Source of the DNA: Planctomycetota bacterium
GTDB lineage: Bacteria > Planctomycetota > JAJSAM01 > JAJVHW01
DNA: 64,000 bases
NCBI GenBank assembly: GCA_965248445.1
Contig: CBDFJG010000003.1
Span: 608,001 to 672,000 of the forward strand
Reading direction: 5' to 3'
Numbering within the stretch: position 1 is the stretch's first letter; every line of letters begins with the position of its first letter. Under the pieces are notes generated by a model. It saw only the letters and a program-made list of their open reading frames with translations. It made no database searches and was not told the origin of the DNA. The translations under genes were made by a program, and so were the position numbers. Shown piece after piece: positions 21,604-31,172 of the stretch.

Positions 21604-21722
21604 CTCACCCTCCAGCCCGCCGACATCGGTGCCGACGGTGACAATTCAGCACGGCTCCCGAGGCGGGCTGATGACGCTATCGAACCGTGGTGGCCTGGCG
21701 CAAGCGGAGCTTGCGCAGGGGC

Positions 21723-24700
21723 TCAATCGCAGCCTGCGCGCTCGAGGGCCCCTCGCACGGAGATGACGTCCCGGACCTGCTCGTACTGGGCGGTTGAGAC
21801 CCTCGCCGCAGCCTGCGCCAGCAGCTCCCGCACGCGTGGCAACGAGTCGCCGGCATGCGGCGCGATGAGCCCCAGGAACTCGCAGACCGCGAAGTGGTCG
21901 GGCTCCTCCGCCGCTTCGTCGAGGAGGTCGGACAGTTCGTCTTGATCGACCGGCGCCCCGCAGTCCATTTGGAGACCGCGCGACACCATGTAAGCAGCGC
22001 GGAACCCCGCCGCCGCCCAGAGAGTGCCCGCGCGCTCGGCCAGTGACCGCGCCAGGTTGCGATCCCCGGCCTGCCGGGCGAATGGCGCTTCCGCGGAAAG
22101 AGCCATGGCTTCGATCCACGGAGAGCCGATCGCGGCGGCGGCCTCGACGAACTCGAGATCGGGGGGCAAGACGTCACCCGCGTCGTAGTGCATTCTGCGG
22201 ATGACGGCCTCGGCGTACGCCTCGTACAGCGCGTGGCGCGAGACCCTTGCGATCTCGCGCGCTTCGTCGGCCGCGTTCAGACAATCGTCGAGACGACCTG
22301 CTTCCAGGAACGCCACGGCCGCGTTCAGCAGCGCTGCCATGCGCACGGGCGCGCGCGTCACGCCCTCGAGGCCGGCGATCTCCATCTCGGCGGCTTCGGC
22401 GTGCCGCATCTGGCGGCTGTAGAGCAACGCCGTCCACGCGCGGTGGTTGGCGCGCGCGCGGTCGCTGTCGATGCGCTCGGCCCACTCACCGATCTCCTCC
22501 AGGATCGCGATCTGACGGTCCAGCGGGAGGCGCCCGCTCACGTTCGACCGTATGCCCTGTCGCCACAACTCGAGCACCACATCGTCGAACGGACCGCACG
22601 CGTCGAGCATCTTCATCGCCCGCGCGGGATCGCCGGTGTGGCTCTCCTGGACAGCGAGCAGGAACTGACGCATCTCTCCGAGGTGCGCGGCCTGGTTCGG
22701 TGCGCGCCCCATCTCGTAGAGCGCCTGGTTCACGGCTCCGGTCGTGCCGTCGGCGAGACAGGCCCGCACGTACGCCATGAGCACGTCGTCGTGCGAGCGG
22801 TCGTCGTTTGCCCGGCGGGCCGCGTCAAGCCCCAGCGCGAACGCGGCGAGCGCGTCTCCCGTCTTCCCCGCCGTGACGAGACGCCGGCCCAGAGCCAGGG
22901 ATTCGGCCACGACCTCGTCGGGATCGCCGGACGAGGCGAGGTGCCGAAGGCGACCCCCCGAACCCGGGGGCAGGGAGTCTGCGAGCTTCCTGTGCGCGGC
23001 CTCACGCTTCTCGTCCGTCCATGTCTGGAGAACTTCGGGCAGCGCCAGTGGCTGCAGGCGGCCGTCCTCCAGGCGGCGGAGCAGTCCCTCCTCGACCAGC
23101 AGGTCGATCTCGGGCTGGAGAGTCCAACCGGGGCGGCCGGCGACCTTCGTGAGGAGGTCGAAGTCGCCGTACGGCCACGCCAGCGCGATCCACGCGAGGA
23201 GTTCCTGCAGCTCTCCCGAACGCAGCGCCGCGAGCCGCGGGCCGGAGAGCAACGCGCCACCGACCGGCAGTCCGTCGTGCAGGCGATTCAGCGCGGTGCG
23301 CTCGATTTCGATGCGGCCGTCCACCCAGTGCGCGAAGCCGTGGCGCACCCACGCGGAGATCTCGGCTGCGACGTTCCCCGGGACGCCCCCGGTGCGCCGC
23401 CACAGCTCGTCCGCGGCGTCCTCGGGGATGTGGAGGATCCGGCTGGGCCCCGCGAAGAGCGGGCGCAGGTCTTGTGCGGAGAGGGAGCCCAGCCGGACAC
23501 AGCCCGCGGTCGGCGCTTCGATGACCCGCACGACCGACCCTTCGGAGCGGCCGCGGTCGATTGCGGACTGGGACCACGGATCCACGCTCTGCGGTTCGTC
23601 GACCAGGAAGACCGCGCCGCTCTGGAGTGCATCGAAGAAGCGCTTGTCGAGCACTTCGAACGCGTCTTCCTGGGACATGGTCTCGAGTCCGTCGAAACCA
23701 CCGATGTGGGTTGCGAGGCTCGCGTACGGACTCCGCCCGACCTGCACCCAGTACACGGATCGTCCGTCGCTCTCGGCGGACTCCGCGGCGTCTTCGAGCA
23801 GACGGGAACGCCCACTCCCGGGGCCGCCATGGACGTCGATGGACCGGCGCTCGGTGACCGCGGCGAGCACTGACTCGACCGCTTCGCGGGACCCCAGGCG
23901 GGGCACTCGTTGCTCGCCGGTCGACGGTGCGCCGCCGCCGAAGAGCAGTCGCAGCGCCTCGCCGGCGGACTGGGGGCGGTCCCGCGGATCGACGGAAAGG
24001 AGTTGGTCGACGATGGCGGCGATTTCCCGCGGAACGTCCGGCGCCACGCGGGCGAGCGGGATCGATGCGCCGGACAGCTTCTGTCGCAGCAGGGCCGCGA
24101 AGTCGCTCACGTGGATGGGGAGGTCGCCGCTCAGCGCTTCGTAGAGCATCACTCCGAGGGCATAGAGGTCCGTGCGGCCGTCGATGCCCCGGCCTCGGAT
24201 CTGCTCCGGCGCCAGGTATTCGGGTGTGCCGACCATGGCGCCGTCAATCGTCACGCCGCCGCCGAGCGCGGGTCCGTACGACAACCCGAAGTCGACCAGG
24301 GTCACGCGCCCGTCGTCACCGACGAGCACGTTGGCGGGCTTGAGGTCGCGATGGACCACGCCGGCCGCGTGCACGCGGCCGAGTGTCTCGAGCATGGAGC
24401 GGATCAGCGGGGCGATGGACTCCCAGTCCCGGGCGCGCCCGTCTCCCGGGAACTCGGTCCCGTCGACGAGGTCCATGACGAGGTGTGTGGCGTCCCCGTC
24501 GGTGACCTCGTCTCGCAGCGTGACGACACCGGGAAGGCGCAGGAGGCGCAGCGCGGCGATCTCTCGATGCAGGCGCGGTTCGGACGAGAGCAGGCTGCGC
24601 TTGACCGACTTGACCGCGACCGCGCCGCCCGCGAACAGGTCCTCTCCGCGCCAGACCACGCCCGCCGCCCCGCGGCCCAATTCGCCGCGGAGCTCGTAGC

Positions 24701-24767
24701 GCCCGCCGAGGATGCGATTCCCCGCGTCGATCGGTTCGCGTGAGATCAGGTCGCCGTCCGCCGCCAT
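21723..24767 (-). CDS. Ser/Thr protein kinase fused to a degenerate P-loop (AAA/STAND-like) domain and a helical/TPR-like region
   Basis: LGRGAAGVVW, VAVK, HRDLKPAN, DFG, GTPEYLAPE; then GGPGSGRS, FLVDE, RTGGVP; no TM segment. Confidence 0.88.
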   Translation of the reverse strand: MAADGDLISREPIDAGNRILGGRYELRGELGRGAAGVVWRGEDLFAGGAVAVKSVKRSLLSSEPRLHREIAALRLLRLPGVVTLRDEVTDGDATHLVMDLVDGTEFPGDGRARDWESIAPLIRSMLETLGRVHAAGVVHRDLKPANVLVGDDGRVTLVDFGLSYGPALGGGVTIDGAMVGTPEYLAPEQIRGRGIDGRTDLYALGVMLYEALSGDLPIHVSDFAALLRQKLSGASIPLARVAPDVPREIAAIVDQLLSVDPRDRPQSAGEALRLLFGGGAPSTGEQRVPRLGSREAVESVLAAVTERRSIDVHGGPGSGRSRLLEDAAESAESDGRSVYWVQVGRSPYASLATHIGGFDGLETMSQEDAFEVLDKRFFDALQSGAVFLVDEPQSVDPWSQSAIDRGRSEGSVVRVIEAPTAGCVRLGSLSAQDLRPLFAGPSRILHIPEDAADELWRRTGGVPGNVAAEISAWVRHGFAHWVDGRIEIERTALNRLHDGLPVGGALLSGPRLAALRSGELQELLAWIALAWPYGDFDLLTKVAGRPGWTLQPEIDLLVEEGLLRRLEDGRLQPLALPEVLQTWTDEKREAAHRKLADSLPPGSGGRLRHLASSGDPDEVVAESLALGRRLVTAGKTGDALAAFALGLDAARRANDDRSHDDVLMAYVRACLADGTTGAVNQALYEMGRAPNQAAHLGEMRQFLLAVQESHTGDPARAMKMLDACGPFDDVVLELWRQGIRSNVSGRLPLDRQIAILEEIGEWAERIDSDRARANHRAWTALLYSRQMRHAEAAEMEIAGLEGVTRAPVRMAALLNAAVAFLEAGRLDDCLNAADEAREIARVSRHALYEAYAEAVIRRMHYDAGDVLPPDLEFVEAAAAIGSPWIEAMALSAEAPFARQAGDRNLARSLAERAGTLWAAAGFRAAYMVSRGLQMDCGAPVDQDELSDLLDEAAEEPDHFAVCEFLGLIAPHAGDSLPRVRELLAQAAARVSTAQYEQVRDVISVRGALERAGCD

Positions 24768-24845
24768 GCGCGTCTAACCCTCCCTGGGAGACGCACGAGA
24801 AGCTAACTGCCGCCGCGTCTGCTCCGAAGCGCAGAGGCGGGCCGT

Positions 24846-27392
24846 TCACTCGCCGGATGCAGGCGCTGGAGACTCGGCAGGCGGGGCGCCGAGCGTGAGC
24901 GTGACGACGGACTCGAGCGTCTCGGCGTCCCTCGCGGTGGCGGTGGCGCGGTTTTCCAGGTCGCCGGTCGCGTCGGCTCGGCAGATCAGCGTGATCGTGA
25001 GGTCGGCCTCGTCGCCGGGCGCGAGCGGCTCGAGCAGCCAGACGATCTCGGTCCTGCTCTCGTTCAACGCCGCATCCTCGGGGTACGTATCGATGATGCT
25101 CGACCCGGCGGGAATCACGTTCGTCACCACGACGTCCTCGGCCGGCAGTCCGCCGATGTTCCTGACCGTCAGGGCGAGCACGAAGGGCTGCCCTGCGACC
25201 GCTCCGGACGGCTTGGACGTCTCGAACTCCAGGGCGACCTTGTCCAGCAGGCGCCGCCGCCGTGCCTCCTGGACTGCCTCGAATGCGTTCACGAACCCGA
25301 ATCCGTGCGTTTCGCTGTACAGCAGGCCGCGACCCGCTTCGCGCCGGTAGTCCGCGCTCTCTGGTTCGATCCTGTCGGCCGTACGTTCGAGGATGTCGCG
25401 GACCTCGTCACCCCTGAGTTCGGGGTTCTCGGAGATGACCAGCGCGGCGACGCCGGCAACGATCGGCGTGGCGGCCGATGTGCCCTTGAAGCAGGTGTCG
25501 TAGCTGCCGTCCTTGGTCTGGCGCGGCCCATCGGTGCGACAGGGGCATGGCCCGCTCAGGCCGCCCCAGTTGTTTCCCGTCTTCGGGCGGGAGAGGTCAG
25601 TCGTCGTGATACCGGCATTTCCGGCGGGGGGAGCGGCCGGGTCGCACTGCTTCTTGTCATTCGCGACGGTCGACTCGCCGGGACCGAGGAGGCTCATCCC
25701 GCGACCGAATCCACACCGCCCCCAGACGCGAGCGTCGGTCGCACGACCGATAGCCATGACCGCCGCGAGTGAGGCGATCGGCCGCCACTCCCAGAGCCCC
25801 GAGACGCCTCGCACGATCGACTCGCCGCCCTCGCGCACCGTCTGGAACGGCGTGGCCGAGTCGGCTTCACTCTCGATCTGGCAGGACTGGTTACCCAACG
25901 GACCGAGGGGCGGCACCGTGAAGTTGTTCGTGTTCTTGTTCGTCAGGGAGAACAGCACGACACATCCCTTGCCCCCGCGACCCAGCATGGTCGCGCGCTG
26001 GATAGCGCAGCGCAGCGCGTCGGATACATTGTTCCCCTTGCCGAGGCTCCAGCTGCAACTGATCACGGCTGCGCCGTTCTTCCACGCGTGGTCGATCGCC
26101 AGCACGTCGGCCTCGGGCGTCCCCACGCCGGTTGCGATGGCCATCAGCCCGCACTCCGGAGCCACACCGCTGATGCCGATGCCGTTGTTCCCGCGGCCCA
26201 CGGCCAGGCCGGCCGTCGCCGTTCCGTCCGTCGAGTCGCGCACCAGTTTCCCCGCGTCGTTCAGCGTCCCCCGCAGGTCCGGATCGGGAGTGCCGAGCGG
26301 GAGGTTGGTGGAGAAGTTCCGGTGCGCTTGGCCGCGCGCATTCTCCTCCAGATCCGGGTGGCTGATCTGCACGCCGTAGAGCTCGATGATCGCCACGACG
26401 ACGTCCGGCGATCCCATCGTGTTCGGGCCGCTTCTCGTCCACGCATCGACGACGCCGGTCTCCTCGAGGTGCCACTGCCGCGGGAAGAGCGGGTCGTTCA
26501 CGACGGGTGCCGGGTCGGGCACGGGATCCTCGTCCTCGACGTGTGGGACGAGGAGGTTGAGATTGGCGGTTCCGCCGCAGGCGGCCTCGTCGCGGACGCG
26601 CTGCGCCACGCGCAGCCACTCCGCCGGCTCGAACCCCGCGGCGCGAATGACGAAGAGGCCGGGCACGTAGGGGCTCTCCTCGATGCTCTCGGCGCCCCAG
26701 CGCTCGGTCAGGGCGTGGATGGCATCCTCCCGAGTCGGCTCGCACGTGGCGAGGAGCTGGTCTTCGTCGATGCGGACGATGATCTCGGGCGTGAGCACGA
26801 CCGCGGGCCACTCGTCGCAGGGGGCGCCTACCACCGGGACGAGTGCGGGCACTCCCACGTGGCGGTCCACGCAGTCGCGGAGCGCACAGAGCGCCTCGGA
26901 CTGCATTCCGGGCATCGTGTCGCCGACGAAGATCCCTCCCGAGCGCAGGGTGTCGAAACCGTCGTGGCCGACGCTGTGCGTGTTCTTCATCCCCGGCAGG
27001 AGCTCGTCGCCGTCGTATGCCAGCGAAGCCGGCCCCCAGGCGGCGATCGCGTCCGGTACGAGAATCACGGGTACGTCCTCCCCGGCGTACGAGAAGAACG
27101 ACACTCCCGGGGGGACCGGCAGCTTCATGCGCCGGTCCGGGCCCAGGAGCGACCGCGCGTCGAACCGCTTGACGTTCTCGAACCAGTCCATGGAGGGGAG
27201 CGCGTACTGCGCGTGGAGCGCGGACAGCTCGGCGATGCCGAACGCCGGCGGCGGGGGGGCGACGGGGGCGAATCGCGCCCCCGGCAGGTGGAACGGCGCG
27301 GCGCAGCCGCCTGCGAGCCCGCAGGCGACGATCAGGACGACGGCAGCCGCTGCCGGATTCCGGCCGGTTCCGTGGCTGCCTGTGTCCCGCAT
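24846..27392 (-). CDS. Subtilisin-like (S8) peptidase with a variant catalytic triad and a C-terminal DUF11-like Ig domain; probable lipoprotein
   Basis: NDPLFPRQWHL, VAIIELYG...HPDL, DGTATAG, GVAPEC, VISCSW, GTSAATPIVAGVAAL, GFGFVNA; C-terminal LTVRNIG...VVVTNVIPAG; signal ending LAGGC. Confidence 0.88.
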   Translation of the reverse strand: MRDTGSHGTGRNPAAAAVVLIVACGLAGGCAAPFHLPGARFAPVAPPPPAFGIAELSALHAQYALPSMDWFENVKRFDARSLLGPDRRMKLPVPPGVSFFSYAGEDVPVILVPDAIAAWGPASLAYDGDELLPGMKNTHSVGHDGFDTLRSGGIFVGDTMPGMQSEALCALRDCVDRHVGVPALVPVVGAPCDEWPAVVLTPEIIVRIDEDQLLATCEPTREDAIHALTERWGAESIEESPYVPGLFVIRAAGFEPAEWLRVAQRVRDEAACGGTANLNLLVPHVEDEDPVPDPAPVVNDPLFPRQWHLEETGVVDAWTRSGPNTMGSPDVVVAIIELYGVQISHPDLEENARGQAHRNFSTNLPLGTPDPDLRGTLNDAGKLVRDSTDGTATAGLAVGRGNNGIGISGVAPECGLMAIATGVGTPEADVLAIDHAWKNGAAVISCSWSLGKGNNVSDALRCAIQRATMLGRGGKGCVVLFSLTNKNTNNFTVPPLGPLGNQSCQIESEADSATPFQTVREGGESIVRGVSGLWEWRPIASLAAVMAIGRATDARVWGRCGFGRGMSLLGPGESTVANDKKQCDPAAPPAGNAGITTTDLSRPKTGNNWGGLSGPCPCRTDGPRQTKDGSYDTCFKGTSAATPIVAGVAALVISENPELRGDEVRDILERTADRIEPESADYRREAGRGLLYSETHGFGFVNAFEAVQEARRRRLLDKVALEFETSKPSGAVAGQPFVLALTVRNIGGLPAEDVVVTNVIPAGSSIIDTYPEDAALNESRTEIVWLLEPLAPGDEADLTITLICRADATGDLENRATATARDAETLESVVTLTLGAPPAESPAPASGE

Positions 27393-27696
27393 CGAGTCCT
27401 CCCGTCACCTGGCTTCGGTGCGCGCGGCCGTCGGGACGGTCGGCCTGCGGGCAGTCCGGGAGCCGCACCTCTATGGGCCAACCGGGCGTCCGCTTGGGAC
27501 AGGACGGGGCAGCGGCCTCCCAGGCGTGAGCGGGCATCTGCCGAACCGCCGCTCCTGAGGACCGCTGGAGCCGCTGTTTCGCTCCCGGCTCCCGTCACTC
27601 GTAGTACCTTCGTCGCGTCGTCCGCCGCCCCTTGCGCCGGAGTCGCGTGAGGGGGTTGGTCGCTGGGCGCCCGTCGTCCGTCGTTGCGGAGAGTCC

Positions 27697-28500
27697 ATGC
27701 CCGCTCAGTCCATGCCTGCCCAGCCCATGCCTGCCCGTTCCAATCCCACGCAGCCCAAGCCCGCCATCGAGGTCGAGAACCTCACCAAGCGCTACGGCCC
27801 GCGCACCGCGGTGGACGACATCTCGTTCACCGTCCAGGATGGCGAGGTGGTCGGCTTCCTCGGACCGAACGGCGCGGGAAAGACCACGACGCTACGCATC
27901 CTGACCGGGTTCCAGCCGGCCACCAGCGGGACGGCGCGCGTGGCCGGATACGACGTGTTCTCAGACGGCATCAAGGTGCGAGCGAACACCGGCTACCTGC
28001 CCGAGGGCACACCCCTCTATGGGGAGATGCGCGTCCGCAGCTATCTCGACTACCGGGCGACGCTCAAGGGCGTGCCCCGGCGTTCGCGAAGCGAGTACGT
28101 CGAGCGTGCCATGGAACGCTGCGACGTCACGGACGTGCAGGGCCGGATCATCGGACACCTCTCGAAGGGCTATCGCCAGCGAGTCGGCTTGGCCGACGCA
28201 CTCGTGCATCAGCCGCGCGTGCTGATTCTGGACGAGCCCACGTCGGGTCTGGACCCGAACCAGGTGCGCGACGTGCGCGATCTCGTGAAGGAGATCTCGG
28301 CCGACACGACCGTCCTCTTCTCGACGCACACCATCCCGTGGGTCGAGCAGGTCTGCGAGCGCGTGATCGTCATCAGCCAGGGGCGCATTGCGCTCGACGG
28401 GACGCTCGATGAGTTGCGCAAGGAGCACGACAGTTCGGTGGAGGACATCTTCACGAACCTGACCCGTGGCACCGAGCAGGTCATCGAGGTGCGGCGATGA
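27697..28500 (+). CDS. ABC transporter ATP-binding protein (GldA-like)
   Basis: GPNGAGKTT, LSKGYRQR, LILDEP, STH. Confidence 0.93.
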   Translation: MPAQSMPAQPMPARSNPTQPKPAIEVENLTKRYGPRTAVDDISFTVQDGEVVGFLGPNGAGKTTTLRILTGFQPATSGTARVAGYDVFSDGIKVRANTGYLPEGTPLYGEMRVRSYLDYRATLKGVPRRSRSEYVERAMERCDVTDVQGRIIGHLSKGYRQRVGLADALVHQPRVLILDEPTSGLDPNQVRDVRDLVKEISADTTVLFSTHTIPWVEQVCERVIVISQGRIALDGTLDELRKEHDSSVEDIFTNLTRGTEQVIEVRR

Positions 28501-29240
28501 GCCGCGTCCTCGCGCTCACCCGACGGGAACTCGGGTCGTACTTCTTCGCGCCGGTGCCGTACGTCGTGATGTTCTTCTTCCTGATCCTGACCTGGATCTT
28601 CTTCCAGGGCAGCGTGTTCCAGTTCCCGATGGGCCGGCGGGTGGCGGATGTCAGCTACTCGCACGTGTTCGACACGCTGCACTTCATCCTGATCTTCCTG
28701 CTCCCGCTGCTGACCATGAACACGGTCGCAGAGGAGCGCAGCCGCAACACGCTCGAGACGCTGTTGACGGCGCCGGTACACGACTGGCAGGTGATCCTCT
28801 CCAAGTGGACCGGCGCGTTCTGCTTCTACGTGACGATGCTCGCGCCGACGCTCGTGTACTGGGCGATCCTGGCGTATCTCGGACAGTCGATCGGGAAGCC
28901 GGATCCGGGGCCGGTCGCCTCGGCCTACCTCGGCGCGATGCTGCTGGGTGGCTTGTACATCGCGATCGGGATTTTCGCGTCGGCGCTCACGGAGAACGCA
29001 CTGCTCTCCGCGTTCTTCGCGTTCTTCGTCCTGCTCGCACTGATCGTCGCGGAGTTCTTCCCCGGCGTCGATGAGATCGCGTGGCTGCGCGCCGCGGCGG
29101 GCTACGTGAATCCGCACAAGCATCTACAGCACTTCCTGAACGGTCTGATCGCTCCGTCCCACGTGTTCTATTTTGTGTCCATGACGGCGTACTTCCTGTT
29201 CCTGGCGGTGCGCGCTCTCGAGTCGAGGAAGTGGCGATGA
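28497..29240 (+). CDS. ABC-2 type permease (GldF-like)
   Basis: RRELGSYF, AEERSRNTLETLLTAP, about 6 TM helices, ESRKW end; overlaps both neighbours. Confidence 0.9.
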   Translation: MSRVLALTRRELGSYFFAPVPYVVMFFFLILTWIFFQGSVFQFPMGRRVADVSYSHVFDTLHFILIFLLPLLTMNTVAEERSRNTLETLLTAPVHDWQVILSKWTGAFCFYVTMLAPTLVYWAILAYLGQSIGKPDPGPVASAYLGAMLLGGLYIAIGIFASALTENALLSAFFAFFVLLALIVAEFFPGVDEIAWLRAAAGYVNPHKHLQHFLNGLIAPSHVFYFVSMTAYFLFLAVRALESRKWR

Positions 29241-31132
29241 GCGACGACGATCGCCCAGAAGACAACGCAGGCGACATCGCAGACGACGTCGCGGCTGAGC
29301 GCGCGGACGGCGTGCCGGTCGACGCCGCGGCAACTGCGGCCTCGGCAACTGGGGCCTCGGCGGAGTCCGAGCAGAAGACGCCCGAGAACGTCCCGTACCA
29401 GGCCGCAGGCAGAAGTTCGTGGTGGGGCTACTCGTTCTTCCTCGGACTCGTGCTCATGCTGAGCGGGTTCCTGTGGAAGGAGATCGAGGGCAGCAGCGTC
29501 GTCGTGCTGGTCTGGATCGTCGCGGGGTTCTGGTTCGCACTGGCCCCGTTCGTCTGGCACGCGGTGGACGTCCTGGCCGTTCTCCGGTCCCGCCGCGGAC
29601 TGGCGAGCGGCTTCGTGGCGCTCACGATCGTCCTCGGCACCGCGCTGATGGTCGGCGTTTCGTGGGTGGGTGACCAGCACCTGGACAAGAGCCTGCGCCT
29701 CATCGGGATCCAGCCCAAGGACACGACCGTGTCCGGCCGGTACACGCTCAGCGACGAGTCGCAGAAGCTCCTGGACGACATCGACGGCACGATCTACGCC
29801 ACGTATCTGCACCGCGCGGATCCGACGATGCTGAGCGTCGAGGTGATCGAGCAGTTGCGGACCTACGCCAGCGCCGATCCCGACTTCGTCCTGCGCGAAA
29901 TCACGCCGCTGGCGGATCCGGAGCCGAGCAACAAGTACCTCGCGTCCGTAGGGGTGACCCGCATCTCGACCGCCGAGACCGAGGACGTCGTCGTCTTCTC
30001 GCACGCGGAGAGTGGACGCGAGCCGGAGCCGGGCAAGCACAAGGAGATGCGCCTCGACCCCTACGCCTTCCGGAGGACGACGGCGCTCGGCGAGCAGAAG
30101 TGGCTCGGCGAGCAGATGATCACCGAATCGGTTTACGAACTGGTCTATCGCACGTACCGCATCTACACGACGACCGGGCACGGTGAGTCCAAGATCACCG
30201 AGGAGATGCGCGCGTTCCGCGATGCGCTCCAGTCGCAGAACATCCAACTCGCCGACAAGCCTCTCGACCTTCGATCGAACGCGCAGATCCCGGAAGACTG
30301 CGACCTCTTGTTCGTCGCGTATCCGCGGACCGCGTTCACGGCCGAGGAGGCGCAGGTTCTCGGCGCGTACCTCGATGGCGGAGGCGCGATGATGCTGACC
30401 GTCGACGTCGCGGAGAAGCGGCGGACCCTCGGCATCGAGCAGGCACTCGACAAGTTCGGGCTCTTCCCGCGCCTCAACTACATGGTGCTCGCGCCGCGAG
30501 TGAGCGGAGTCACTCAGGCAGGCACTCAGTTCACCCTCAGCGCGACGCTCTCGGTCATCGGGCCGTTCTACTCGGACCACGCGATCGTGAAGCCGCTGCG
30601 CGACCGGAACTTCGGCACGTACTTCACGCGCTCCACGTTCGTCGAGATCGAGGACGAACCCCCGGAGGGTTTGACCGTCGAGCCGATCATCTGGGCGCCC
30701 ATGATTCCCGGCACGCCGGACGGCCAGGCGGTCGGCATGCTGCAACAAGTCGGCCGCACGAGTTTCACGTCACCGATCCCGGGAAAGGACCGGACGGGAT
30801 CGCGCCTCGCGATCGCTGCGGTTGCCGAGCGCGTGGTGCCCACAGCGCCGGGCGAACCGGCCAAGAGCGCACGCGTGGTGTACTTCGGCGACACCGACTT
30901 CGTCACTGACCGGGTCGCCTCGAAGGTCGCGTCCAACATCGATCTGGCGGTGGGCGCGGTGCAATGGTGCATCAAGCGCGAGAAGCTGATCGCCGTGAGC
31001 GAACGCACCATCGATCAGAGGCGCGTGGACGTCTCCGAAAAGGACATCAAACTGGCACGCCTCTGGCCGCTCGGAGTCGCGTTCTTGTCATTGATCTTGG
31101 GTGGGCTCGTGTGGTGGGCCCGCAGGCGATGA
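29237..31132 (+). CDS. GldG-like ABC transporter auxiliary component
   Basis: DTTVSGRYTLSDES, TTGHGE, IPEDCDLL, YLDGGG, VVYFGDTDF; N- and C-terminal TM segments. Start MSDDDR overlaps the permease stop. Confidence 0.85.
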   Translation: MSDDDRPEDNAGDIADDVAAERADGVPVDAAATAASATGASAESEQKTPENVPYQAAGRSSWWGYSFFLGLVLMLSGFLWKEIEGSSVVVLVWIVAGFWFALAPFVWHAVDVLAVLRSRRGLASGFVALTIVLGTALMVGVSWVGDQHLDKSLRLIGIQPKDTTVSGRYTLSDESQKLLDDIDGTIYATYLHRADPTMLSVEVIEQLRTYASADPDFVLREITPLADPEPSNKYLASVGVTRISTAETEDVVVFSHAESGREPEPGKHKEMRLDPYAFRRTTALGEQKWLGEQMITESVYELVYRTYRIYTTTGHGESKITEEMRAFRDALQSQNIQLADKPLDLRSNAQIPEDCDLLFVAYPRTAFTAEEAQVLGAYLDGGGAMMLTVDVAEKRRTLGIEQALDKFGLFPRLNYMVLAPRVSGVTQAGTQFTLSATLSVIGPFYSDHAIVKPLRDRNFGTYFTRSTFVEIEDEPPEGLTVEPIIWAPMIPGTPDGQAVGMLQQVGRTSFTSPIPGKDRTGSRLAIAAVAERVVPTAPGEPAKSARVVYFGDTDFVTDRVASKVASNIDLAVGAVQWCIKREKLIAVSERTIDQRRVDVSEKDIKLARLWPLGVAFLSLILGGLVWWARRR

Positions 31133-31172
31133 TCCGCCGGATACGAACAACGAGAGGTCACAGAAGAACGCC

